From Octopus vulgaris (lineage: Eukaryota): a stretch of 64,000 bases of DNA. The first letter of the stretch is position 1, and the number at the start of each line of letters is the position of its first letter. Position numbers and translations under genes: made by a program. The notes beneath the pieces were generated by a model that saw only the letters and a program-made list of their open reading frames with translations, searched no databases and had not been told where the DNA came from. Shown here one piece after another: positions 13,290-25,500 of this stretch. The DNA lies in NCBI GenBank assembly GCA_951406725.2, contig OX597836.1, positions 49,910,001 to 49,974,000 of the forward strand. Direction: 5' to 3'.

Positions 13290-15200
13290 AATAATAACGA
13301 AATTATTGTATACAGTGCTCAGGTGCACCACAACTTGTCAGAGTATATGCAGTAATGTACAAATGTCTGGAAAGCGAACAATGCATGAGTCAGATACATG
13401 CTTGCGTGTGTATGGAGGAGAAAATCAGGTGTAGTGTTGGCGAATCTCAGGAAGCATGGAAGTTTTGAAGGATGCAGTGCTCCGACAACTAACAACTGAT
13501 GTCGGCAGTTTGTTCCATGCTTCAGAAACTCTCAGCGTGAAAAAATGTTTCCTGAAGTCATGGGAGCTGTGCTGTTTTCTGACTTTGTAAATATGTCTAC
13601 GGGTGTTAGATGGGTGAAGTTTGAAAAGGTGCTCAGAGTTATTGTTTGTAAGATGGTTAATAATTTTATGGGTGTCTGCCAAGTCAGCTGCCAGACGTCA
13701 GAGTTTCAATGTGTCCATGCCCAGGGAAGTAAGGCATTCAGAATATGGCAAATGCCTGATGGAGGGTATTCTTTTGGTTGCACGTTGCTGAACGGCTTCC
13801 AGACGATTGATATCCTGGGCAAGATAGGGGTTCCAGACCAGTGATGCAAACTCCAGGTGAGGTCTTACCGTAGCTATATAAAGCCACAGATAGATAGTCG
13901 GAGAGTGGCTCACAAAGGATTTGGTGAGTGATGCCAAGACACCCTCAGCCTTCTTGACAATTTTAGCGATGTGTTTTGTCCAACGCAAATCACTGTCGAC
14001 AATAACACCCAGGTCACGTTCACATGAAGACTTTTTGAGACTAGTGTTGTGGAGGGAGTAGGTGGACGCTGGGTTTCTCCTCCCAAAATGCATGGTGGTA
14101 CATTTGTCCACAGCCAGCTTGAGTTGCCAGTCCATGATCCACTGCTGCATTGTGTCCAGGTCTGCTTGCAATAGAGATCTATAGTGTACAGGATCTGACC
14201 TCTTTATTTTGAGGTACAGCTTGATGTCATCTGCATATTTCAGCACTGTGGCATTCTTTAAGTTGGCATCTATGTCATTAACATATGCAACAAATAAAAG
14301 GGGGCCAAGAACAGATCCCTGTGGTACACCAGATGTCATCTCATAGGGCGAAGAGTGCTGTCCTAGAACTGTGACAACCTCTTTTCGGCCGAAAATAAAG
14401 GACTTCAACCAGTTATAGAGTTCGTCTCTTAAGCCCAATGCAGAAAGCTTCACCATAAGTCTTTTGTGTGGCACAGAGTTAAAAGCCTTAGCAAAGTCCA
14501 GGTAAACAATATCTACCCAGGATCCGCGATTAGTGATTTGGGTAACGTCCTCAAGAAACTCGATGAGTTGATTACAGCAGCTGGAGTTAGGAATAAATCC
14601 GAATTGTGACAGCTGGATGAGGCTGTGAGACTTCCAGAAGTTCCAGAGGGTTTCTCTGATACAGGATTCCATCAATTTGGCGATGCAGCTAGTAAGACTA
14701 ACGGGGTGATAGTTGACAGGCGATGTGCGGTCGCCTTTTTTGAACAGAGGGATAACACTAGCTGTTTTCCACTGTTCTGGAGTAACACCAATGTCAAGAC
14801 AGAATTGGAAGAATAGAGAAAGTTGGCTTAGAAGAAAGTACCCACCGCGTTTGAGAAGTAGGTATGTAACACCAATGAGACCAGGAGAGGCATAGTTGCG
14901 TTTATTCTTAAGGTGGCATTGTAGCATTGCTGGTGTAAATTGCATAGTAGATATGGAGTCCGATGTCAGCGGTGATGAAGATGGGACATTTTGGTCTTCG
15001 ACAGTAAAGATGCCTGCATAGCATCCAGCAATGATTTCTGCACATTCTTTGGGATTGCCAGTAATCTGTCCTGTGTGGGGATTGCGAAGGGGACCAACTG
15101 GAGAGTGGGGTCTCTGCTTTGAGTGCACATACTTCCAGAACACTTTGCTGTCAGGGTTGGTTGCAATGCATTCGAATTCAAGCACTGCCTTTTTTGTCAC
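13290..15200 (-). mobile_element. 5'-truncated CR1/L2-group LINE with near-intact reverse transcriptase domain
   Basis: ORF 13698..15260 contains YLDFAKAFNSVPH, GVPQGSVLGPLLF, YADD, ERDLGV and VRPHLEFA..VWNP; C-terminus continues past a stop (HFFTLRVSEAWNKLP); short ATT-type tail near 13290; no endonuclease domain. Confidence 0.92.
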
Positions 15201-15709
15201 CTGCTTGAGGTGGTTGGCTGACCTATTGTGCTTTTTCCTGTTGCTCTCTAATTTGTGCAATTTGTATTCCTGTTATATGCACATGGATGCAGACACGCAT
15301 GGGATCAACTGTCTTTTTCTTGCCAATCAACCAGAGAAATGGGGTGGGAGTAGGAGAACAGTGAAGCATATGCAGGCTCGGAAGAAAGAAATGGACACCA
15401 AATATGTCCACTTTGATTATGGTAATTATAATTTGACTGTGTCCGTTAGGAAAAGAAAGAGTGAAAAATCTAAATCAGTTACACAATACAAGAGAGCAAA
15501 CATTTGAAGCAGAAGATGATTCCTACTACATTCGACTGATCTGCTAGAAATAGCACCCAAATCTCCCTCTTAACGTCACTATTGTCAATCACGTTCATAA
15601 AGAGGAGGTGATAATGGCAGATACACAGCATACATTTTATACATTCCTAGCAAATGAAAACCAACACAATAAGAACAACAACAACATCTAAAACGTGAAA
15701 TGAACATAC

Positions 15710-15804
15710 TTTGCTAATAAAGCCCTTTTTTTGTCAAATCGTTTGTCGTCTTTTCCAAAATCAAATCCATTGAATTTTCGAATATTACGTTTAATTTCAA
15801 CCAG
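15710..15804 (-). CDS. DEK: DEK coding exon 5 (LVEIKRNIRKFNGFDFGKDDKRFDKKRALLAK)
   Basis: tttcag| and |gtatgt, 95 nt, phase 0 to 2; similar to DEK KKNVGQFSGFPF. Confidence 0.95.
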
Positions 15805-16477
15805 CTGAAAGAAAAGAATAACAATATTAAATACACACAAAAAGAGAGAATCCAGTTTAATTGTTCAATCTTTATACATCATTTTCTCTCGTTTCCAAAT
15901 CGAAGAGAGAGAAGTGGAAGCCAGAGGTGGGTGGTTTTGATGGGAGGTTCCCATCAAAACCATCACGAAAGCTTTTCTAAGGCTGAGGACAGCAACATTG
16001 CTTTCATCAAATTTCTTTAAAAGCCCGATGGTGGATGATGGATGAGATTAGGTCGACAATGGGTCTGGACCTATGGAAACTGTACGCATAGCTATGAATG
16101 GTGGGGGAGAGATTGAAAGTGACGGAGGACATTGTTGTTTCCATCACTTTAGGAGATGGTGGGCGGGGCCAGGCAGCTTGGCATTCTTCACAATTGGATA
16201 CAACTGTAACAGGTCTCCTGGGATCAGGGGAGATAAACAGGCTGATCAATTCTCTCTCATACACACATTGAAGAGATTCTATACAGTTTCTGCTGACCAA
16301 ATTTCCTTTTCAAGGGAGTCTGTGGTAGAAGACATGTCCAAGGGGCTGTTTAGTGAGATCAGGCTCAGAACCTATTGACTGCAAAGTGAGGTGCTTAACC
16401 CCATGGTTATGCCAACACCTGTTACAATGATATGAGAGAAATAAATAAACAACAAGGAATTAAACAAAAGCCCTCAC

Positions 16478-16554
16478 CGATCCTGGCCGGTCAAACAATG
16501 CACGATGAATTATCTTCAGATTTTCTGCCTTTACTCGATTCAATTGATATTCAA
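16478..16554 (-). CDS. DEK: DEK coding exon 4 (IEYQLNRVKAENLKIIHRALFDRPGS)
   Basis: tttcag| and |gtgagg, 77 nt, phase 1 to 0; similar to DEK pseudo-SAP LHKLLYNRPG. Confidence 0.95.
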
Positions 16555-17040
16555 CTGAAAATAGAAAGTTTTAAGGAGAAGGAATGTTAAAATTAATTTT
16601 ATTAAAATACACTAGTGTATGTGCTGACTTGCTTGATATAGTAACCAAAATCTCCCCAAAGCTAGAGAGAGAGAGAAAGGATGAGAGACAGGTAAGGCCT
16701 ACAAAATCAGAGATGAGCAAAGCCTTGTTGGTGTTATTTTGGTGTCCCAGTTTAGACACAGTAAATGGCTGGAACAAACCAACGGTCATCTTTCTTTGCC
16801 TGTTCCAGTCACTGGACTAAGGTTACACTGAGGCACTGCTTTGGAAGTTTTAGTCACAAACAAATTAATCTCAACACTCACTCTAGAAGTATCAAGTTAC
16901 AGGAATGTAAACAAACCGACACACACACACATATGATGGACTTCCACACAGTTTCCATATAACAAATTTACTCACAAGGTATTGGTTAGCACAGGGCTAG
17001 TGTAGAAGTCATGCAACGGGACTGAACCTGAAACTTTCAT

Positions 17041-17450
17041 CATCATCCAGTGTTTTGTCCCCATTAATAGGGGTGGCCGGATGCACCTCAATGCCATAGA
17101 AACTGCCCTCACACCACCATCTCCCCTGGTTTTGGGCATCCTTCCTTCTCAAGCCAACCCTACCAATATCCTTCTCCACCTTTTCCTCGGTCTACCTCGC
17201 TTTTGCGCTCCATTTACCTCAAACGCAATCATACTTCCCCAACACACGCCCATACCACCCCACCCCATTCGCCCTTGCCAACCATTCCATCGATTCTTCC
17301 AACCCCAGCGTCTCCATCAAATCCTCCGTCCTCCTCTTATCGAACAGTTTCACCCACCCCCACATTTCTCTCCCCCCCTCAGACACCATGCCTCACTCCC
17401 ATACAGCATTGCAGCTCTCACAGACCCTTGCTTTCATCTTTAATGCCTCA
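17041..17450 (-). mobile_element. Degenerate RTE-type LINE 3' fragment
   Basis: Begins with a (CAT)n tail complement; minus strand shows a decayed RGRPRKRW-like motif. Confidence 0.45.
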
Positions 17451-17538
17451 TGATAGCAAAGGAAAGCATGTGGTTGCAAAATGAACCCCTTAACCCCACA
17501 GCCATTGCTGCTCATGGCAGGTGAGAAAATTCTTTTAG

Positions 17539-17760
17539 CCCTTTAGCATTTAAAACTGGTTGTATCCGGCCTAAATATTCTTCATATTTTATGTTGAATC
17601 TGGCCAGATCCAACTAATCACACTTACCCTACAATGTCATTCTGAAATATAAACAATCATATCTTCAAAATCTTAAAGCTACAAGACAATATACGATCAA
17701 TTTTAAACAATGTGGGTAAACAAACACCACATTTGGTAAATGAATCTGAATGCTGAAGGG
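17539..17760. mobile_element. piggyBac-like MITE, about 220 bp
   Basis: ccctttagcatt...aatgctgaaggg TIRs, TTAA on the right flank; ends 26 nt from the DEK exon 3 donor. Confidence 0.65.
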
Positions 17761-17786
17761 TTAAAAAGTGGAAAGGCTTTACTTAC

Positions 17787-17939
17787 TGATGGGGCAGTCA
17801 CCGAGTTTCTCTCCCGTGCCTTCTGGAATGAGGATTTTTTTCTTGTCATTGGCTGAAGTTACTGACATCTCTAGCCTTTCTACTTTCTTCTTCTCCCGCT
17901 TACCTGATTCAATAACAACAGGCCGTTCTAACAGACCCA
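17787..17939 (-). CDS. DEK: DEK coding exon 3 (LGLLERPVVIESGKREKKKVERLEM...GTGEKLGDCPI)
   Basis: tttcag| acceptor and |gtaagt donor, 153 nt, phase 1 to 1; GKREKKKVERL matches the conserved DEK motif. Confidence 0.95.
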
Positions 17940-19383
17940 CTGAAATAATATCCAAAAAGAGGATTTCATATTAAGTAAAGGAAAAACAAAAAGAACAATG
18001 GAGGGGGGGGGGGATCTGAGTTGAAAGAAGGTAGAATCAACAAAAAGAATTAACCACACAACAATGCCAAATAGGACCAGCCCCTCCCAATGAATGGGCC
18101 GGAAAACAACGGTGAGAAGATTAGCAGGGGACAAGCTGTCAAGTTAATTAAAATTAAATGGTTAAGGCATCAAGCTGTAGAGACCAAATCAAGCCAAAAT
18201 GGACTATGAAACCTGGTGTGGCACCTGGCCATGCCAGTTCCTGTCAAGCTGTCTGACCCATGCCAGCAAGAAAAACATGTTAAATGTTGATGAATATCCA
18301 ACACCAAAGGGAAGAAAGAACTCAGTGGAGGAAAACTTTTAGTCTTCTTCTCCTTAATAAAGAAGGAGAAGACATTGGTTTTTGTCAGGTTGAAAATCAC
18401 TGCTCTAAATTAATGAAAGGTACTCACAAATCACTTGTGATATTTTATAGGTAAAAGACCTCATCCCACCCCTGGCCAGTCATTTAGCCTTGTTAATCTC
18501 ACTGCTAAAACAATGATTTCTATCACAGGCAGAAGGATTTAAGCTTTGTTTTGAGGTAGGGGAATGCGATAAGGGATAGTCAATATGGTGATCCACTACT
18601 CGGTTGCTACTTTGACGATCCTGGAAGGATATCTAAGCAGAATTTACTATATGAATGCCTTTAGTTCATGTGGCAGCAGCATACCAACTCAAACACCACT
18701 TTATATTTCCAATCTGGATTATTAACTAGTAATTCTCCTCAATAACTCAGGGACATTTTCTGGGACAAGAAGAACTACCACTACCCCAACCAGCCAATCG
18801 TAAATGGTATTACCAGAATATGTGCTACTTGAGGCATTTATGTGTGACACTCACAGACAACTTCAGAATTTAGAGTTAGGAGTGGTTTATTATTTCTAGC
18901 AGGCTCAGTGATTTCAAGATCACAGCTGAAACCCCTCTGTTCACAGATCTGATCAAGGTAGAGAGTCCACGTCCAAATTACAGTAACACCACCACCATTT
19001 ATCGTCCATCTTCCAGGCTGGATGGTTTGATAGGAGCTGGCAATCCAGAGAGCTGTACCAGGCCCCGTTGTCTGCTTTGGTTATCGTTTTTATGGCTGGA
19101 TACCCTTCCTAAGGCTGACCACATTACAGAACATATTGGGTACTTTTTATGAGGCAGCAGGCAATTAACCACAGCATGCCAGGGGGTGGTGGTGGTACAG
19201 ACCTTCGCTTGGCAATGTATTGGCTATCTAGAAGAGTAGATCTTCAAGTTGCATTTGTTTGAACTTTCATAGAGCTGCTGCACAACACTGGATGCCACAG
19301 GACACGAAACACCAACCAGTGAGACTTAAATAAATAGAAGCTGAAGTTGAAGAATTAGTTGAAAAGTAAAATGAAATTCTTAC

Positions 19384-19561
19384 ATTGTGGTTCTTCATCC
19401 TGCTCATTCACAACATCTTCATTTTCTTGACTTGAATTCTTGTTCTCAGCCACAACCTCACTGCTGTCTGATTTAACACTTTCCTCCTTCTTTGGACTGC
19501 CTTCCTTGACAGTGTCAACAGATTTTTCCTCTTCTGCCTCCATTTTTTCAGCAATCTTTAC
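19384..19561 (-). CDS. DEK: DEK coding exon 2 (acidic N-terminus, VKIAEKMEAEEEK...DEEPQ)
   Basis: Acceptor ttttag|, donor T|gtaaga, 178 nt, phase 0 to 1; same frame as ORF 19355..19543. Confidence 0.85.
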
Positions 19562-19745
19562 CTAAAACAATATTAAATAATTAGTTTTCTTACCTAGACA
19601 CCAGAAACTTGAGAGGGAATCACTGAGTGCATCAAGGAGAAAAGACTTCAATGACTTTGCCTGATTTTCAATGCAAAAGTAAATACCACAAAGCATTTTG
19701 ACCACCGAATTATTCTGCCAAAATAAAATATAGGACTCTGAGCAG

Positions 19746-22500
19746 TGTCAGAATAGTATTTCTTGAAATAAGTGTGATTTCAAAATTTCTCAAAATAATG
19801 CCCATTTTGATGTCCTTAGTTGACCATGTGGGCAGTTCACTACCATTTTCAAATTTTTACCATGCATTCTTATACTTCTGAAGATGATGTGACAGAAAAT
19901 TTGGTGTTGTTGCTCAGATTCCTTTCAGAGTCGTGAATTTTTAGAAATTTTGTTGTCAGCGCTTTGTACATGGTCAACTTATTCATAAAGCATGGATACA
20001 ACACAACACATTATCCATCAGTGATTTATTCAGTGTAGTATAAATAAACGTCTCTTAAATTAATGGGTTTTCATTGATTCAACAAATGGCAAACTACTAC
20101 GGATGTAATCACGTTTTTACATGATAATGTACAGAGCCACACATCATAAAACACGGATGTTAAACTTCTAGAATTCATAAAGAATTCAACATTATTTTAA
20201 TCAGGGATTACATTGCCCTTCATTGAATGACTCAATACAGTAGCTATTGATTCATTGATGAGAAACAAGGCATATCCCTGAGCACAGAGTCCCACTGGAA
20301 TTAGTACCAAAGTGACAAGACAACATGCCACAAAATGATTTAAATTCACCAAAAGTAAATATTAAAAACTTTCAGTGCCCAACTCGATAAATTGTGTTAA
20401 ATATTTATAAAACACAAATGTGAATCCTATTAATTCTGCACAAATAGTGGGAATAGAGTGAGAATTTCGTTTAGGGTCACTTGAACTAATTGTGTAGGTG
20501 TGGGCAGCACTTTTGCCTTGAGTGACTGGTGCACTGATTACACATGACATGTTGCCAAGGAACCCAACATTCATCCTTACGGGATGCTGCTGGCCAACAA
20601 AGTACATTGGTTCTCGATCCTTTCAGAAAGGAAACAAGAACATCAGAATGTTTCCCACATATCAGATGGAAGTGTACACACAGACTACATACTTGTCAGG
20701 CCGTCCATATCATCTAGGGATACTCTTTTCATCTGAACCTTATTTCCTGGACAAGGAATGAAATAACTCCAGCTATTGTGTTGCAAGCATCAAACTGTTC
20801 AGCCAATTTGTTGACAGCATTTTCTTGTACTTGATCTTTTGAAACAAAGAAAAATTCAGTCCCATGAATGTTATCTCTTTACATGTCATATGGTATTAGA
20901 ATTTAGTCACATTTACACATCTGAGATCAGAGGTTGAGGAGTCTTTGACACAAAACACAAAGGGATGCACTGTAGCTTGGGAATTATCCCAATGATGCTC
21001 CTACACCACATCCTGTATGATAAAGATATAATTTTCTGCAAAATCAAGGAATATGATTTTCTTTTACTTGAAGATTTTCTTTAGATGCACTCAAAGCCTC
21101 AGGTAGGTGCTTTTGCAATAAAGTGCTGCTATGTAAGCTTACAGAATGATTCACACATGATATCAATGAAATCTGCTGCAGTAGCTTCACGTGATACGAG
21201 CATTGTTCCATCAGTGTGCACCTGTTGTTTATATTTCTTCATATCACTTTGATGAAACTCTCGACTGTCCAACTGACCATTGAGGTACCCTTGTAATGCC
21301 TCTTTCTCAGGACACTGGTCACAGGCATGCAACATAATGCAGTCTCTACTTTGTACATTGCAGACAAGTTTAGACAGCACTTTGTGGTAAATGACATCAA
21401 CCAAACCCTAATTTTGCATTTTGGTGGTACTGAGAAACACACACTGTAGGTGTACCTTTGGGACCCACAGCTACACACCCCTTGGGTCATAACTCACGGA
21501 ATTTAGAAAACCTTATTTTGAAAGCCGCACACAATTCATTTCAGTTTGCCAGCAACAACCTGTTTGTGAATCTTGCCTTCATCTGTTCTAACAGAGACAT
21601 TATCTTTCTTGCCGGGACATACCCTAGAAAATTCATCAAGTTCAAAAAACTGCTGTACCTTTACCCAGGTATCTTGTGGCAGGGCATGGCCTAGCTTTCT
21701 TTTTCTTTTTTAAAGATCTGGCTCATCTTACCAAATATTTCTCGAGTCTTCTGTCTGCTCCAGCTATCTGGCACTAGGGTTAACATTAGAATTTTCTCTT
21801 TCTTTGATGACACTTTGCACTTCTCCACCTGTAAGTCGACCAACTTATCAAAGTCTTTACATTTCTCACAATTTCCTGTATCTGTGTCAACGTCCATGTC
21901 TGAAGGGGCATCCCTCAAGAGACTTAATATTCCCCGTGTAGCTGCTTCCATTTTCTTTACCTTGCTCCAGATGTAGGATGTCTGGTCCCTAGGGCTCACA
22001 TACTTGATAGGTGAACAGCCCAACACGGTTGCAGTGGCATTCAAATCCTCTCAAAGAGTTTCTGAAGGTTGTAAATCCTCCACATCATGGGTAGTGCTTG
22101 GTCCAGCTTCTTCATTAGTTTGTATGATCCCCAACTCTTGTAAGGTCCCTCCAGCGACTTGAGCATAGTTTCTGTCCTGGTGTCAACCCCAGATTCTTGG
22201 CATTGTCTTTTCACTTACACTGCGGAGAGATCCTGAAAATACATTGTAACATATTATAAAATGTTGTCTAATAAATTGAATAATAAATGTTATTTTTTTT
22301 AATTGCATAACACATCACAAACGTGAAACATTGTGAGTCCTAAGGAAGATATCATTAATTAATTAAAAAAACATTTTGCAGCATAACAAGATATGGACAT
22401 TGAAAGATTAATGACAGTTTATCTGTCGTTATGAACTTAGAATTTGCACAGTGAACCCACGTCCTAATAATTCGCCATATAATTAAAAGATGACAAAATT
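19746..22500 (-). mobile_element. Decayed DNA transposon copy A with transposase pseudogene (Sola2-like, tentative)
   Basis: Fragments GLTPGQKLC, LTLVPDSWSRQK, SRVCPGKKD, CDQCP and LDFAENY..QDVV*.HHWDNSQATVHPFV (DFAENY near 21028-21045), with stops, frameshifts and a missing catalytic middle. Confidence 0.7.
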
Positions 22501-22519
22501 TCATTCTCCTGAACAACTT

Positions 22520-25500
22520 CATACTAGCTTCTGTAACTTATATGATGGGAAAATATCAAGTATTAGCTCAATATCTTTGATACTTTTGAAATTGCAGGCC
22601 TCTTTAATATTGACTAATGTTTACATTTTTTACCAAATGAGCCTCCCCAACCAACTTAAGACAGTCGTCTCTCCTCTAATATGGCAAGCACAACTTTGAA
22701 ATCCTGTGTTTGGCACTAACCTTTTCTGTAGAGTTCAAATATCTTATCAACTCCAGTGTATCTTGTATATTCTCCCATCTATAGGCCTCTGAAAATTGCC
22801 AAGAATTAAATGCACAGCAAATGTATGCCTCTTTTAGGTATATTCATCCCAATGGGTACACTAGATAAAGCAACCACAATTGTTTTCCAGTCATTTAGCA
22901 TATAGCAGACCCTTTCTGAGCAGTAACCATGTTAGCTGCTATTAAGGGAATGTCAGAATAGTATTTTTAGAAATAAGTGTGATTTCAAAATTTCTCAAAA
23001 TAATGCCCATTTTGATGTCCTTAGTTGACCATGTGGGCAGTTCACTACCATTTTCAAATTTTTACCATGCATTCTTATACTTCTGAAGATGATGTGACAG
23101 AAAATTTGGTGTTGTTGCTCAGATTCCTTTCAGAGTCGTGAATTTTTAATGCATCATATTTAAAGTTCAGGTAGTTGTCCTGCCAAGATGGAGTCTTGTT
23201 CTACATCTCAGTGTAATCTTGGAAGTAAATTGGAAAATGAATGTCATAAAATCACTTATTCAAGAAAATGGTGATTTTTTTGAAATGCAATTCTTAATCT
23301 GACAATAAAAATACTTTAAATACCTGGAGGTCTGGAGTTTTACTGCATGAAGATGACAATGTTTTTCTATCATGTTATGGAAGACTGCAATGTTTTTGCG
23401 TAGATCCAAAAAGCATTCACAAAAGAAGATATCTCATAAAAGATAACAGTATTTGAATGGTATAATTATTGATTTGCAAAACATATATGAGAGAATTTGA
23501 AAGACAGTAATATTTCGCTATGATAGTGTTACTTCATTAGCCTCGGCTAATGATAGATACAGTACTATCTGTTTGTCAAAATTCTATCATCTTTTAATAA
23601 ATTTATCACAGGCATGATTTGGCTATACTCTTGCCAATGGTTGAAACTAAAATAATTTTTATGTACAAATAAAATACTAATCAAGATGGTGAAGGTAAGG
23701 CTGGTAATAGGCCCTGGTGATGTTTTGCCATCTTTTAATCATATGGCGAATTATTAGGACATGGGTTCACTGTGCAAATTCTAAGTTCATAACGACAGAT
23801 AAACTGTCATTAATCTTTCAATGTCCATATCTTGTTATGCTGCAAAATGTTTTTTTAATTAATTAATGATATCTTCCTTAGGACTCACAATGTTTCACGT
23901 TTGTGATGTGTTATGCAATTAAAAAAAAATAACATTTATTATTCAATTTATTAGACAACATTTTATAATATGTTACAATGTATTTTCAGGATCTCTCCGC
24001 AGTGTAAGTGAAAAGACAATGCCAAGAATCTGGGGTTGACACCAGGACAGAAACTATGCTCAAGTCGCTGGAGGGACCTTACAAGAGTTGGGGATCATAC
24101 AAACTAATGAAGAAGCTGGACCAAGCACTACCCATGATGTGGAGGATTTACAACCTTCAGAAACTCTTTGAGAGGATTTGAATGCCACTGCAACCGTGTT
24201 GGGCTGTTCACCTATCAAGTATGTGAGCCCTAGGGACCAGGCATCCTACATCTGGAGCAAGGTAAAGAAAATGGAAGCAGCTACACAGGGAATATTAAGT
24301 CTCTTGAGGGATGCCCCTTCAGACATGGACGTTGACACAGATACAGGAAATTGTGAGAAATGTAAAGACTTTGATAAGTTGGTCGACTTACAGGTGGAGA
24401 AGTGCAAAGTGTCATCAAAGAAAGAGAAAATTCTAATGTTAACCCTAGTGCCAGATAGCTGGAGCAGACAGAAGACTCGAGAAACGAAATTCTCACTCTA
24501 TTCCCACAATTTGTGCAGAATTAACCCTTTCGTTACTATATTTCTGACCAAAATACACCCCTTATGTGTTTCAATTAATTTCTAACGTAATCATAAATTT
24601 AGTCTGGTTTCATTAAACAACTATAACTTTTTTATTTATGAATATATTAACGTGAATTTTGGAAGATAATTTAATGAAATGTTCTCAACCAATTCTATAT
24701 TATAATTTTTGTCACAAAGTGACTCTAATTGCAGGTAGATACAGGTAAATTCAACAAAATATAAAATTATTAAAATTTTGTTCAAACATCGCTATAGAAA
24801 ATGGGTTATTAGCTAATATTTAATTGGGTATACAACAAAATTTTACGATAGAATTTGTTATTCTGGGTAACTTTCTGATACCCATAATAATATTTATGGC
24901 AAAATAGACCTTAATTTTATTTAAGGTTGTGGGAAATAACAAACTATCCTTTCTTTCGCTTTGTTTACATTTAGCGTAACGGTTCGTTTCCGCCGTAATG
25001 ATTTGAAATAGGCTCATTCGAAAAAGTAAAAATAAATAGTCTAAGGCTTTACTCTCCTGGGAAAGTCTGTGGCTTGGTCCAGTTTCTTCAGAAAAACTCA
25101 CCGAAAAAACAGTTTTTAAATTTTCACTCCATTCAGGTGCCAATTCATTTTCTTTATCGCTGTCGGAGCTCTCGGATTCACTGTTTTCACTTTCGGAAAA
25201 TGAAACATCAGATTCATTATCAAATACCACGTGCTTTTTTTTTTCAGTCATAGAGTTAGATTTATGAAGGTCTTCAGTAGAAAATCCTTCGAATTCTGAC
25301 TCACTGCTTGATATAATGAAATTCGTATCCATTTTTTGTCAGAATTACAAATTTTGAAAACACAATAGGAACAAATTTCGGAAAAAAATCTCCCAAAATT
25401 CACGGAATTAAAATTACACTTCGATTGTTGTACAAAACTGTAGTTGAACTGTTTACGAAATATAATACGTGTTTTCACGAATGTACTAAAGAGATTTGCT

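Noticed and set aside
19355-19543. DEK starting at the internal Met (MEAEEEK)
   Set aside because: A good acceptor lies 18 nt upstream in frame, and a phase-compatible exon 1 with promoter motifs exists at 37136-37174. It remains possible as a minor start.
21691-24585. Twin MNATATVLGC ORFs as a duplicated host gene pair
   Set aside because: They are fragments of a disrupted transposase within an inverted transposon duplication.
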